From contig JAERTG010000050.1 of assembly GCA_016845065.1 (NCBI GenBank), positions 129,948 to 193,947 of the forward strand: 64,000 nucleotides of DNA, given 5' to 3'. Within the stretch, counting starts at the first letter, position 1; the number at the start of each line of letters is the position of its first letter. The notes beneath the pieces are model-generated. The model worked only from the letters and a program-made list of their open reading frames with translations, was not told where the DNA came from and made no database searches. The stretch comes from Fidelibacterota bacterium (GTDB lineage: Bacteria > Fidelibacterota > UBA8477 > JABMPR01). Positions 18,753-28,319 of the stretch are shown piece after piece. The position numbers and the translations under genes are program-made.

Positions 18753-20822
18753 ATGAAACAAGTCCAATTTATTTTTGGAATTCATAACCACCAACCTGTG
18801 GGAAATTTTGATGATGTATTCCATGATGCCTGTGACCGTTCCTACCTGCCCTTTTTACAAGTGCTGGAGAAGTTCCCGGATATAAGCATGGCCTTCCACT
18901 TTAGTGGATCTCTAATCGAATGGCTTGAAGTACATCGTCCAGATGTTTTGACTATCTTTAAAAAACTGGTCGATCGAGGTAACATCGAAGTGCTTGGAGG
19001 AGGTTTTTACGAACCTATCCTGGCTATGATTCCCGAGGCAGATCAGGTAGGTCAAATCAAAAAAATGAACGACTGGTCTCTGCAGCGTATGAATTATGAG
19101 ATTAAAGGGAACTGGCTTACTGAACGCGTTTGGGAACCGCACCTGGCGAAAAGTTTAAGCAAGGCCGAAATTGAGTATATGGTAGTAGATGACTACCACT
19201 TCCTGACAACGGGCGCAGACCCAGAAAACTTGAATGGGTATTTTTATACAGAGCAAGAGGGGAGGGTTCTCAGCGTTTTCCCTATTAGCCAAAAAATGCG
19301 TTATGCCATGCCTTTTGAAGACCCGCAAGTTGCCATTGATATTTTAAGAGGTTATGCCACGGAAGATGGTGACAGCCTTGTTGTCATGGCTGATGATGGG
19401 GAGAAATTTGGTATTTGGCCTGGAACCTGGGAAACCGTTTACAACCAAAAATGGCTGGAAAGATTTTTTACACTGGTAAGTAAAAATTCTGATTGGCTAT
19501 CAACCACCACATTTAAACAATATCATTCAAACCACAGCCCTCGTGATCTGGTTTACATTCCAACATCCTCTTATTTCGAGATGTCCCAATGGACCCTACC
19601 TACTGAATTGGGTCGCCAGATGGATCAATTTGTTCATGACCTCGAAAACCAAGGCCGTGGCGATGAAACTCGACCCTTTATCAAGGGTGGTATGTGGCGC
19701 AATTTTTTTACTAAATACCCCGAGTCAAACTGGATGCAGAAACGTGTACAGTTCTTATCTCTTAATTTGGATCAACTGGAGAGCAAAGGGGGTACCCCTA
19801 CTCAACTGAGAGATGATCTTTATCGAGCTCAGTGCAACTGTGCATACTGGCATGGTGTGTTTGGTGGCCTATATCTTCCACACCTTCGTCACGCCATATA
19901 TGAACATCTACTCAAAGCCGAAGAAAAATTCCTGTTATCAGGCGGAAGTCTGCCCGGTTTGGCTGATCTTGATAGCGATGGGGTCGATGAATACCGTCTG
20001 CGTTCTGACAATGTCCAACTTTTTATCTCCGCTGACAAAGGGCATATCAAGGAAATCGATTGGCTGCCAGCCCATTTTAATGTGACCAACTATCTTCAGC
20101 GTTATTCTGAGCATTATCATGAAAAACTGGCTTTAGCCAACAATGACCAAAACACCAACGGTTCGATACATGATATCGTATTAACCAAGGAAGAAGGTCT
20201 TGAGAAAAAATTATTTGTAGATTATTATAGACGTCACGGGCTTATCGACCACGTTTTTGACCACAATCAAAGCCAGGAGATGCATTATCAGGGAAAGCTG
20301 GATGACAAATTGTCCCTCCAATCCAGTCAGGTCCAACAGGATGAAGCTGGAGTGCACATTTTAAGTGGCTATCAAGCTGAAGAGTCCCAACTTCAAATAG
20401 AAAAAAAAGTAGAGCTCCATCATAACGATTTAATAGTTAAAATTAATATTTCAAATGCTGGTGAGACCACCCTCAACCAGCTCTATGGAGTTGAAATGAA
20501 TTTCGGACTCCTTGGTGGAGATAGCCCAGATCGCTATTACCAGGTGAACAAAGTAAAAGTTGGCCCCCTGAATAGTCATGGTCAGCACGGGGATGTCGAA
20601 AGTGTCTCACTCGTGAATGAGTGGGATAATTTCAGAATAAATCTGGATTTTGGAACAGAGTGTCAGTTATGGCGCTCTCCAATTGAAACTATCTCAATGT
20701 CAGAAGCTGGATTTGAGCGTGTCTACCAGGCATCAGCTCTTTTGCCACACTGGAAATTGGATTTGAAACCAGGAGCGTCTCTTGAACTGGAGCTTCTCCT
20801 GAGCATAAATAATTTTAAATAA
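18753..20822 (+). CDS. GH57-family glycoside hydrolase (4-alpha-glucanotransferase / alpha-amylase type)
   Basis: N-terminal GH57 signature FIFGIHNHQPVGNF...HFSGSLIEWLE. Length 689 aa. Confidence 0.85.
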   Translation: MKQVQFIFGIHNHQPVGNFDDVFHDACDRSYLPFLQVLEKFPDISMAFHFSGSLIEWLEVHRPDVLTIFKKLVDRGNIEVLGGGFYEPILAMIPEADQVGQIKKMNDWSLQRMNYEIKGNWLTERVWEPHLAKSLSKAEIEYMVVDDYHFLTTGADPENLNGYFYTEQEGRVLSVFPISQKMRYAMPFEDPQVAIDILRGYATEDGDSLVVMADDGEKFGIWPGTWETVYNQKWLERFFTLVSKNSDWLSTTTFKQYHSNHSPRDLVYIPTSSYFEMSQWTLPTELGRQMDQFVHDLENQGRGDETRPFIKGGMWRNFFTKYPESNWMQKRVQFLSLNLDQLESKGGTPTQLRDDLYRAQCNCAYWHGVFGGLYLPHLRHAIYEHLLKAEEKFLLSGGSLPGLADLDSDGVDEYRLRSDNVQLFISADKGHIKEIDWLPAHFNVTNYLQRYSEHYHEKLALANNDQNTNGSIHDIVLTKEEGLEKKLFVDYYRRHGLIDHVFDHNQSQEMHYQGKLDDKLSLQSSQVQQDEAGVHILSGYQAEESQLQIEKKVELHHNDLIVKINISNAGETTLNQLYGVEMNFGLLGGDSPDRYYQVNKVKVGPLNSHGQHGDVESVSLVNEWDNFRINLDFGTECQLWRSPIETISMSEAGFERVYQASALLPHWKLDLKPGASLELELLLSINNFK

Positions 20823-20835
20823 ACACGAGGAATAA

Positions 20836-22482
20836 ATGTCAAATACTCAAGCCACTGTAGCTTATTTCAGTGCAGAAATCGGGATTTCTCCAAGTCTGCA
20901 CACGTATAGTGGGGGACTTGGAATTTTAGCTGGCGACCACATTAAGGCAGCCGCAGATTTAGATGTAAATATGGTTGCAGTAACACTGATGTATAAAGAG
21001 GGCTATTTCAAGCAGAGAATGGATGAAGAAGGTAATCAAACGGAGATTTATCCTCGATTCGAGCCAGATCCGCTACTTGAAAAACTTGATGGGACCATTA
21101 CGTTGCCACTTAGGGGTCGGGAAGTCCATGTCCAGGTGTGGAAATATACGTTTGAAGGAATAAACGGGACGCCAATTGACATCCTTTTACTGGATACGGA
21201 TGTTGCGCAAAATGAAGCAGATGATAGGAAAATTACACTAAGACTATACTCTGGAGGAAAAGATCATCGAATTCTTCAAGAGGCTGTTTTGGGTTTTGCC
21301 GGTATTCGAGCCCTGCGCAATCTTGGGTACAAGGATTTTTCAACTTACCATATGAATGAAGGTCATTGTTCCTTCCTCACTCTGGAACTACTTAAAGAGT
21401 TCAAGGGGAATGAAGAAGAAGTGAGGAAGCGTTGTCACTTTACCACGCATACGCCTGTTCCTGCAGGACATGACCATTTTGCTGCAGATCGTGTTAAACG
21501 TTTGATTGGCGACCTCTTACCACCAAATCTGAAGCTTCCATCCATGGTGCTAAATAGCCGAGTCCACATGACTGAATTGGGTCTTTATTTTAGCCGCAGT
21601 GCAAATGGCGTGTCCGAACTCCATGGTGAGGTTGCACGTGACCAGTTTCCAAAATTTGAGATTGGCCATGTGACCAATGGTGTTTTTCATCGATTCTGGG
21701 TAGGTAAGATCTTCCGAGAAGTATTTGACAGAAATCTTCCTGGATGGCGTGAAGATCCGACCCGTCTACTGGATATAGATACGGTTCCGGATGAGGAAAT
21801 CTTATTCGCCCGTCGGGGCCAAAAGAAATTTTTGCTGGATTATGCCAATTCTCAAACCCAGAGAGCACTTGCAAACAAAACCTTAACCGTTGGGTTTGCC
21901 AGAAGAGCCGCAGAATACAAACGTGCCCGCTTAATCTTTCATGACAAAGAAAGGTTGATTCGTCTTGCGAAAGGGAACAAGATTCAATTTGTCTTTGCCG
22001 GCAAAGCACATCCCCGCGATGATCATGGAAAAGAGATTCTAAAGGAGATCGTTCTTCAAGCAAAAGAACTACTTGGTGATGTAAAAATTGTATTCCTTGA
22101 AAATTACAATATGTGGTTAGGCAATCTGATCACAGCAGGTGTAGATGTTTGGCTGAATACACCTCTCCGACCTAACGAAGCTTCTGGTACTTCCGGAATG
22201 AAGGCCACTCTCAATGGTGTACCCAATTTATCCATTCTTGATGGTTGGTGGGCGGAAGCCTGCGAGGATGGTGTGAATGGGTGGGCTGTCGGTGATGCTG
22301 ATCATGCAAATGATGCCGCTGATGCTGATCATCTCTATAGATTATTAGAAGAGCAGGTTATTCCAACTTATTATAATGATCAGGATAATTGGCTGAAGAT
22401 CATTCGTGAATCCATTAAAACCGGTGTTCAATTTACGGGTACACGGATGGTACAGGATTATCTGAAAGACTATTATAGATAA
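20836..22482 (+). CDS. glgP: Alpha-glucan (glycogen/maltodextrin) phosphorylase, short GT35-like form
   Basis: The N-terminal GGLGILAGDH and the PLP-lysine motif NEASGTSGMK are both present. Confidence 0.85.
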   Translation: MSNTQATVAYFSAEIGISPSLHTYSGGLGILAGDHIKAAADLDVNMVAVTLMYKEGYFKQRMDEEGNQTEIYPRFEPDPLLEKLDGTITLPLRGREVHVQVWKYTFEGINGTPIDILLLDTDVAQNEADDRKITLRLYSGGKDHRILQEAVLGFAGIRALRNLGYKDFSTYHMNEGHCSFLTLELLKEFKGNEEEVRKRCHFTTHTPVPAGHDHFAADRVKRLIGDLLPPNLKLPSMVLNSRVHMTELGLYFSRSANGVSELHGEVARDQFPKFEIGHVTNGVFHRFWVGKIFREVFDRNLPGWREDPTRLLDIDTVPDEEILFARRGQKKFLLDYANSQTQRALANKTLTVGFARRAAEYKRARLIFHDKERLIRLAKGNKIQFVFAGKAHPRDDHGKEILKEIVLQAKELLGDVKIVFLENYNMWLGNLITAGVDVWLNTPLRPNEASGTSGMKATLNGVPNLSILDGWWAEACEDGVNGWAVGDADHANDAADADHLYRLLEEQVIPTYYNDQDNWLKIIRESIKTGVQFTGTRMVQDYLKDYYR

Positions 22483-22500
22483 GCACTAGGCGATATTTAC

Positions 22501-22536
22501 AAAAAAGCCCCGGTGATTTCGTCGGGGCTTTTTTAT
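22501..22536. terminator. Bidirectional rho-independent terminator between convergent glgP and the Spy-like gene
   Basis: The sequence is aaaaaagccccggtgatttcgtcggggctttttta: a hairpin flanked by an A-tract and a T-tract. Confidence 0.65.
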
Positions 22537-22554
22537 CCGAATTGTTTTAGCAGG

Positions 22555-22992
22555 CTAATGCCTTTTGCTCATTTTCTCAAACTTCTTTGCCAATTCATCC
22601 CGCTGTGAATCGTCTAGACTTGCATGGAAATCAGCATAATCTGAGACCATGGTTTTGCGAAAAGCGCTAAACTCATTTTCAATCTCATCAAATTGCATGT
22701 TTAGTGCATCCACATCCATTCGAGCTGTTCTGAGATTCTCATTCAATGAGGTACGCAACCCAGCGTGATTCGCTTGCATACCCTCCTTGAAGAATGCAGC
22801 ATTTTCCAGGACAACTTGAAGTTTTCCTTGCTGCATCTCATTCAGATCGAGTTTCTTGGTAATCCGCTTCATCATTTTGGTTTGATCCATGTTGTGTGGA
22901 CCTCGATGAACTCCACAGGCTGCTATTCCGAGGATGAGGGCAACTACGAGAATACCCATTCCTATTCTTTTATTCAGATTTACTCTTTTCAT
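22555..22992 (-). CDS. Periplasmic Spy/CpxP/ZraP-family (LTXXQ-type) stress protein
   Basis: Signal peptide MKRVNLNKRIGMGILVVALILGIAAC. A helical domain carrying LNEMQQGKL and LDDSQRDEL repeats. Start moved to the internal M so it does not overlap the upstream gene. Confidence 0.6.
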   Translation of the reverse strand: MKRVNLNKRIGMGILVVALILGIAACGVHRGPHNMDQTKMMKRITKKLDLNEMQQGKLQVVLENAAFFKEGMQANHAGLRTSLNENLRTARMDVDALNMQFDEIENEFSAFRKTMVSDYADFHASLDDSQRDELAKKFEKMSKRH

Positions 22993-22996
22993 ATCC

Positions 22997-23329
22997 TTAA
23001 TCCTTTTCTTCTTTAGCAGATTCTGCAGGTGTTTCATCTTCAGCACGAACTTCTTGATGATGCTTCAATTCAATTTTTTCCTTCAAGTGAGATTTCCAGG
23101 GACGATGACTGTGGGATTTATTATGACGATTCCCACCATGACCGCTGGAAAACAAAATCTTAGAAAGAATAATGAGCCCCAGAGCTTGCCAATATGTTAT
23201 TACTGGACCACTAAACAGCGTGGGAATTAACCAATTCCAGAGTAACATAGTAATTGCTGGGAAGAGGGTGATGGCGGCAATCACAAAAAATGCTATGCCA
23301 ATAAATTTACCTTTTGATGGTTTACACAT
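22997..23329 (-). CDS. Small 2-TM membrane protein with a His-rich segment; candidate anti-sigma factor or metal sensor
   Basis: Sits immediately downstream of the ECF sigma gene with a 23-nt gap. Two hydrophobic helices, then HGGNRHNKSHSHRPWKSH and an acidic tail. Confidence 0.5.
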   Translation of the reverse strand: MCKPSKGKFIGIAFFVIAAITLFPAITMLLWNWLIPTLFSGPVITYWQALGLIILSKILFSSGHGGNRHNKSHSHRPWKSHLKEKIELKHHQEVRAEDETPAESAKEEKD

Positions 23330-23352
23330 GATTTACTCCTTTCAAATTATAC

Positions 23353-23949
23353 CTATAGATCATTTAACTTTTTCCGCAAAGCCAGCACAGCGTATCGTTT
23401 TCTGGAGAGTAAAGTGTTTTGTGAGTCCCCAGTGAGATTGGCAATTTCCTTAAAGCTCAAGCCCTCAATTTCATGCCATATAAATACTTCCCGCTGCAGT
23501 TCGGGTAGGTCTTCAATAGCAGCTTCCAATTGCTCCTGGAGTTGAGATTGTTCGAAGAGTGAATCGGTATGCAGCTCTGGATCGTGAAGTAGGTTTTCAA
23601 GAAACTGACCCTCTTCAACATCATCAGATTGAACGGCATGGTGACTTCCCTCAATGGTTCGGGCACGCTTGCGATAAAAATCGTTCACCTTGTTTCTGGC
23701 AGTTTGATATAGCCAGGCAGAGGCTGCTTCCAACGAGCGTAAATCATCAAAGGCCCCTGTGAACTGATGAAAGACATCCTGGACAATATCCTCAGCATCT
23801 TCATACTGGGGCACCATTCCGGAAACCGACCCAAGCAACCATTCCTGTGCATCAAGAATGATCGAGCTCATCCGTAGTGTTTTCTGGGATGGGGGAGTTA
23901 CGGCTTTCTGTGATTCTTTGCTTTGCATGTCACCTATATAGACGTTCAA
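23353..23949 (-). CDS. ECF-type RNA polymerase sigma factor (sigma-70 family, regions 2 and 4)
   Basis: Region 2 reads DAEDIVQDVFHQF...AWLYQTARNKVNDFYRKR. Region 4 reads LPELQREVFIWHEIEGLSFKEIANLTG. The true start may be an internal M. Confidence 0.85.
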   Translation of the reverse strand: MNVYIGDMQSKESQKAVTPPSQKTLRMSSIILDAQEWLLGSVSGMVPQYEDAEDIVQDVFHQFTGAFDDLRSLEAASAWLYQTARNKVNDFYRKRARTIEGSHHAVQSDDVEEGQFLENLLHDPELHTDSLFEQSQLQEQLEAAIEDLPELQREVFIWHEIEGLSFKEIANLTGDSQNTLLSRKRYAVLALRKKLNDL

Positions 23950-24082
23950 TCATGAGAAATATTGTATACTATTTTGGAAATGGTCAAAATATCGCAGGAG
24001 CCAGGAAGCGCTTCATGCAAACACACCTATAAGCACCAGAATTCAACCTGGTGTTATATAAAGCTATGTATTTATAATTACT

Positions 24083-26539
24083 TTAAAATTCCAGAGTAAT
24101 TCCGCCCACTGGAAAGGTTTTGAATTGAAGTGCGATATCTTTGCTACCATCTTCATTATAGACATAATCCCAAGGATTATCTCGGTTGAACACATTCATG
24201 ATATCCCAGAAGGCAACCAGGTTCAATTTCTCGAAGTAAAAACGCTGGAGCAGCATGATGTCGAAACGATAGTATTCGCCCATACGGTGGGTATTCCAAT
24301 CTTCAGAACTATTGGTATACCATTTTCTATAATTATGATTATAAGTTTTAGGCGTATAGGGTTTACCACCTGCATAACGTAATCGAAAGCTAATCTCATA
24401 TTCATCGGCAGGTGCCAGAGGAAACCAGGAGGTAGCTGAGGCAAATTTTGTTTGCTTGTACCTGTTGTACCAATCGTAATCCATATATCTAATCTTATAG
24501 CCACCCACCAGACTTACCACATCACGGTAGTCATAGTCCCATGGATAGTAAACTGTTTCAGCTTTTCGAGGATCGATTCCCTCTGACACTGAATGACTAT
24601 AACTGAAAGTACTGTACCAATTGTTTGAATACTTCTTCTGAATAAAGAATTCAATGCCTTCAGACCGACCCGCTCCCACATTTCGGAAGTCTCCCAGGCT
24701 ATCGGATCCATTGCGGTCTACCAGAAATTCTTGCATGGGCATATCTTTGAATTCCTTTTGATAATATTCAAGAGTTATACGAGTATCCTCAAAGGGCAGG
24801 TATTCTAATCCAAGGGCAATTTGATCTGCATGATAGAAATCCAGAGCCTTAGTATCTTCACCCCCGAATATGAGCATGGCATTGAAGGGTGCCTGGAAGT
24901 AACGACCAGCTGCCAGGTTTGCTTTGAGATGATGGGTAAATTGATAATTGAGGTTTAGTCGTGGAGACAAATTTGACTTTTCAATATAGGCATTGTGTTC
25001 CAGGCGTGCACCCAGGGTGAGCTCTAGTCTCGCCGTTGGATTGTATTTGAGCTGCCCATAGATGCCGAGGCTATTATAGGTTTGCTTGTATGTTGTATCT
25101 TTGCCAGAAAAAGTTGCGAGAGTGTCATATGGTCCGACGATAATGGTGCTATCCCCAAAGTAATTCGCATAGAAATCATCTCTAGTAATTGGTAGGATGG
25201 GAGATAAAGAATCAGCAGCATACCCATAATATATGAGCTCATCACCAAAGGAAATCAAGTCCCAGGTGTTGGGGGCTATTTTAAGCTTAAGACCCAAACT
25301 CCCTTCAATGTTCTTATTGAACTTGTGGACGATATCAGCTTTCGTGATGGTTTCCTGCTCGATAGTAAGACCCTCGTAGAAGGTGTCATGACTTTCCACC
25401 TCTGTTGATCGAAAGGCATCGATCTTGATAGTGACATAGTTTTGACCAATGGAAGCCAGGATGTAACCTTTGCGGGAATAGAGATTTTTATATGTCAAAC
25501 CCAGTGTGTGTTGCTGACTGCTGTAATCGACATTTTCTGCTCCACGGTTCTGTGGGCTGTCTTCACCAACAATATTAATCGCATCAATTCCGCCAAGATA
25601 ATTAAGACTCAATTTCTCTTTGGGGCTCAGATCATAGACAAGTTTGCTCTGGAATGTCCAATAGGTGGGAATTGCCTGCAGTCCACTCTGCTGGATGACA
25701 AAATCCAGGAAGGACCGTTTGATGGAAAATAAATATGAACTTTTGTTGGACATAGGTCCTTCAAAGCTGGCTCCAAAACCAGCCATATCGAAGCTCACCT
25801 TTGACTCGTGACTTTCCCGGTTGCCCTCCCGCACTGTAACATCCATTACTGATGAAAGTTTATCACCGTAACGGGCAGGGAAGGAGCCTGCAAAGAAATC
25901 GATTCTTTCAATGAAATCTGTATTCACCATTGTGACAGGTCCACCGCCAGCTCCCTGCTGAGGGTAGTGGACTGGGTATGGAACGTCCAGATGATCCATG
26001 ACAAAGAGATTTTCACCTGGTGCGCCACCTCGCACGATAATTTCATTGGTTTGATCAGCCCCGGAGACAACTGAGGGAAGGGATTGCATCATACTGAGGA
26101 TATCATGGGCACCTACCGGATCGGACCGGATCTCTTCAAAATCCACACTCCTGACACTGGTAGCTGCATCCTTGACTTTTTCGAAGTAACCAGCAGTGAC
26201 AACAATGTCTGAACCAGTGAGCACTGTTGGCTCCAGGGCTACATTTACTACCCCGGGGCGGTTGGCTAGCGAGTGCACGTTAGCCCGTGCCTGAGATTTA
26301 TATCCGATCATATGAACACGTATGGAATAACTGCCAACAGGAACATTTCGGATCTCAAAACGGCCATTTCCATCCGTGGCTGCACCCAAATTGGTATCAT
26401 CCAGCATCACATTTGCTCCAGGGAGGGGATGTTTGGTATCTCTGTCAGTGATAGTTCCAGTTAATATACCTGTAGGTGCATTTGCAAATAGGGTGATGGT
26501 ACTCAGCACGACGATGATTGTGAGAAGGATAAGCTTCAT
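24083..26539 (-). CDS. TonB-dependent outer-membrane receptor with N-terminal carboxypeptidase-regulatory-like (CarbopepD_reg) domain
   Basis: Signal peptide. The N-domain GTITDRDTKHPLPGANVMLDDTNLGAATDGNGRFEI. A plug domain and a long barrel. The C-terminus ends ...GITLEF. Confidence 0.85.
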   Translation of the reverse strand: MKLILLTIIVVLSTITLFANAPTGILTGTITDRDTKHPLPGANVMLDDTNLGAATDGNGRFEIRNVPVGSYSIRVHMIGYKSQARANVHSLANRPGVVNVALEPTVLTGSDIVVTAGYFEKVKDAATSVRSVDFEEIRSDPVGAHDILSMMQSLPSVVSGADQTNEIIVRGGAPGENLFVMDHLDVPYPVHYPQQGAGGGPVTMVNTDFIERIDFFAGSFPARYGDKLSSVMDVTVREGNRESHESKVSFDMAGFGASFEGPMSNKSSYLFSIKRSFLDFVIQQSGLQAIPTYWTFQSKLVYDLSPKEKLSLNYLGGIDAINIVGEDSPQNRGAENVDYSSQQHTLGLTYKNLYSRKGYILASIGQNYVTIKIDAFRSTEVESHDTFYEGLTIEQETITKADIVHKFNKNIEGSLGLKLKIAPNTWDLISFGDELIYYGYAADSLSPILPITRDDFYANYFGDSTIIVGPYDTLATFSGKDTTYKQTYNSLGIYGQLKYNPTARLELTLGARLEHNAYIEKSNLSPRLNLNYQFTHHLKANLAAGRYFQAPFNAMLIFGGEDTKALDFYHADQIALGLEYLPFEDTRITLEYYQKEFKDMPMQEFLVDRNGSDSLGDFRNVGAGRSEGIEFFIQKKYSNNWYSTFSYSHSVSEGIDPRKAETVYYPWDYDYRDVVSLVGGYKIRYMDYDWYNRYKQTKFASATSWFPLAPADEYEISFRLRYAGGKPYTPKTYNHNYRKWYTNSSEDWNTHRMGEYYRFDIMLLQRFYFEKLNLVAFWDIMNVFNRDNPWDYVYNEDGSKDIALQFKTFPVGGITLEF

Positions 26540-26947
26540 TTTGATTCTGTTCCTTTTGTGGGGTCATGTTTTCTAAACAATCTACATTTTTTCTGAAAGC
26601 AGTCTTTCTTACTGCTCAGTTCAATTAATCTTATGTTACGCGGGTTAATTAATGTCAAACTGTATACCACAATCAAATATTAGTACTGACAATAGAGTGT
26701 GTATTCAATTCTTGAGTAAAGACTATATTAATATGATATATATTTATCTCATGTTTACACACAAATCAAACTGAGAAGCCGTCTGAGAATTGATCTTTGT
26801 TGAGAGAAGCCACTACTGAATTGCCATTTCTGAACCACATCAAACAGCAAAGTTATTCATATTCTATTGAATAGAGGTAAACGTATTGATAATTCTTCTT
26901 GCTTCATAGTTTCATGATGAACAGGTTACGGGATAGGAGCTTCGCAC

Positions 26948-27802
26948 ATGTTTCAAAATGATCTGCTTCAAGGAAAGACGATTTTTATTACAGGAGGTGG
27001 CACTGGGCTGGGTCGTTCTATGGGTGAACGCTTTTTGGAATTGGGTGCAAAACTTGTCATCGCCAGCCGAAAGATTGACACCCTGGAAAAGAGTGCTGCG
27101 GAAATGGTTGAGGCAACCGGTGGAGAAGTATTACCGATTGCTCTGGATGTCCGTGACTACAAAGCAGTAGAAGGAGCTCTGGAGAAAACTCTCCAGCATT
27201 TTGGCTCAGTAGAAATCCTATTAAACAATGCTGCTGGAAATTTTGTGAGTCCCACAGAAGCCTTGAGTCACAAGGCCTTCGATGTCATCACCGATATTGT
27301 TTTAAAGGGGTCCTATAATACGACCCTGGCTTTTGGTAAACACTGGATCAATTCCAGACAATCTGCACGCGTGTTGAATATTGTAACTACCTATGCTACC
27401 ACAGGATCAGGATATGTTGTCCCATCATCAATCGCTAAGGCAGGTGTTCAAACTTTGACCAGAAGTTTGGCGGTAGAATGGGCTAGATATGGAATAACCA
27501 TGAACGCCATCGCCCCTGGACCATTCCCGACTGATGGTGCCTGGGATCGGCTCCTCCCACCTGGGTTGGAAGCAAAGTTTGTGGATAGAATTCCTTTGAA
27601 ACGAGTCGGTGAGCATATTGAATTAGCCAACCTGGCTAGCTTTCTGGTCTCTGATCAATCACAATATATAAATGGTGAAGTAATTACAATTGATGGTGGG
27701 GAATGGCTAAAAGGAGCAGGTGAATTCAACTTTCTTGATGTACTTTCTCCAGCTGAATGGAAGGCCATGGAATTGCAGGTTAGAGAAGCGAATAAGAAGT
27801 AA
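26948..27802 (+). CDS. SDR-family 2,4-dienoyl-CoA reductase (DECR-like)
   Basis: TGGGTGLGR glycine motif. Similar along its length to eukaryotic/bacterial DECR: LNNAAGNF, SKAGV, and a C-terminal NGEVITIDGGEWL. Confidence 0.8.
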   Translation: MFQNDLLQGKTIFITGGGTGLGRSMGERFLELGAKLVIASRKIDTLEKSAAEMVEATGGEVLPIALDVRDYKAVEGALEKTLQHFGSVEILLNNAAGNFVSPTEALSHKAFDVITDIVLKGSYNTTLAFGKHWINSRQSARVLNIVTTYATTGSGYVVPSSIAKAGVQTLTRSLAVEWARYGITMNAIAPGPFPTDGAWDRLLPPGLEAKFVDRIPLKRVGEHIELANLASFLVSDQSQYINGEVITIDGGEWLKGAGEFNFLDVLSPAEWKAMELQVREANKK

Positions 27803-27810
27803 GTAGGTAT

Positions 27811-28317
27811 GTGGAGGGATTTATGAATTCAATATTAAAAATTGTTGTCATCCTGTCGATGATTGTATTGGTCATTGGGTGTGCTGTAACCTATCACCCC
27901 TCAAATGGCAGCGGTGGTTTTAGTGAAAAACGCTTAAATGAAAATACATTTGAAGTCACCTTTGAAGGCAACCAGCACAACAGCCTTGACGAGGTTCGAA
28001 CCTATCTGACTTTTCGCTGTGCCGAGCTAACTCTTGAACAAGGTTTGACCCACTTTCTTATTGTTGAAGATGCCAGTTACGAAGCCATCGGTGATAAAGA
28101 ATTTGCAGATGGTGATCTGACCATTGAAACCCGAACATCCATGTCAGGAGGAGTGAATACGACGGTGAAGAGCAATTTTGGGGCTGAGGCAATGGCAGGA
28201 GAGCCCATTGGTAAATTCATCATCATGATGCGGGTGGGACCGGATCCAGTACATACTACAGCCAGCATGGACGCAAAACATTTTATCGAGGCTAACTCCC
28301 ATCTAATCAAGCGGTAG
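27811..28317 (+). CDS. Hypothetical lipoprotein
   Basis: Signal and lipobox MNSILKIVVILSMIVLVIGCAV. No recognisable domain. Confidence 0.5.
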   Translation: MEGFMNSILKIVVILSMIVLVIGCAVTYHPSNGSGGFSEKRLNENTFEVTFEGNQHNSLDEVRTYLTFRCAELTLEQGLTHFLIVEDASYEAIGDKEFADGDLTIETRTSMSGGVNTTVKSNFGAEAMAGEPIGKFIIMMRVGPDPVHTTASMDAKHFIEANSHLIKR

Positions 28318-28319
28318 TC

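Noticed and set aside
26540-26947. 408-bp AT-rich divergent intergenic region with a small hairpin (agcagt...actgct near 26598..26616) as a possible riboswitch or sRNA
   Set aside because: No recognisable riboswitch consensus. It is most simply a pair of divergent promoters for the TonB-dependent receptor and the SDR gene.
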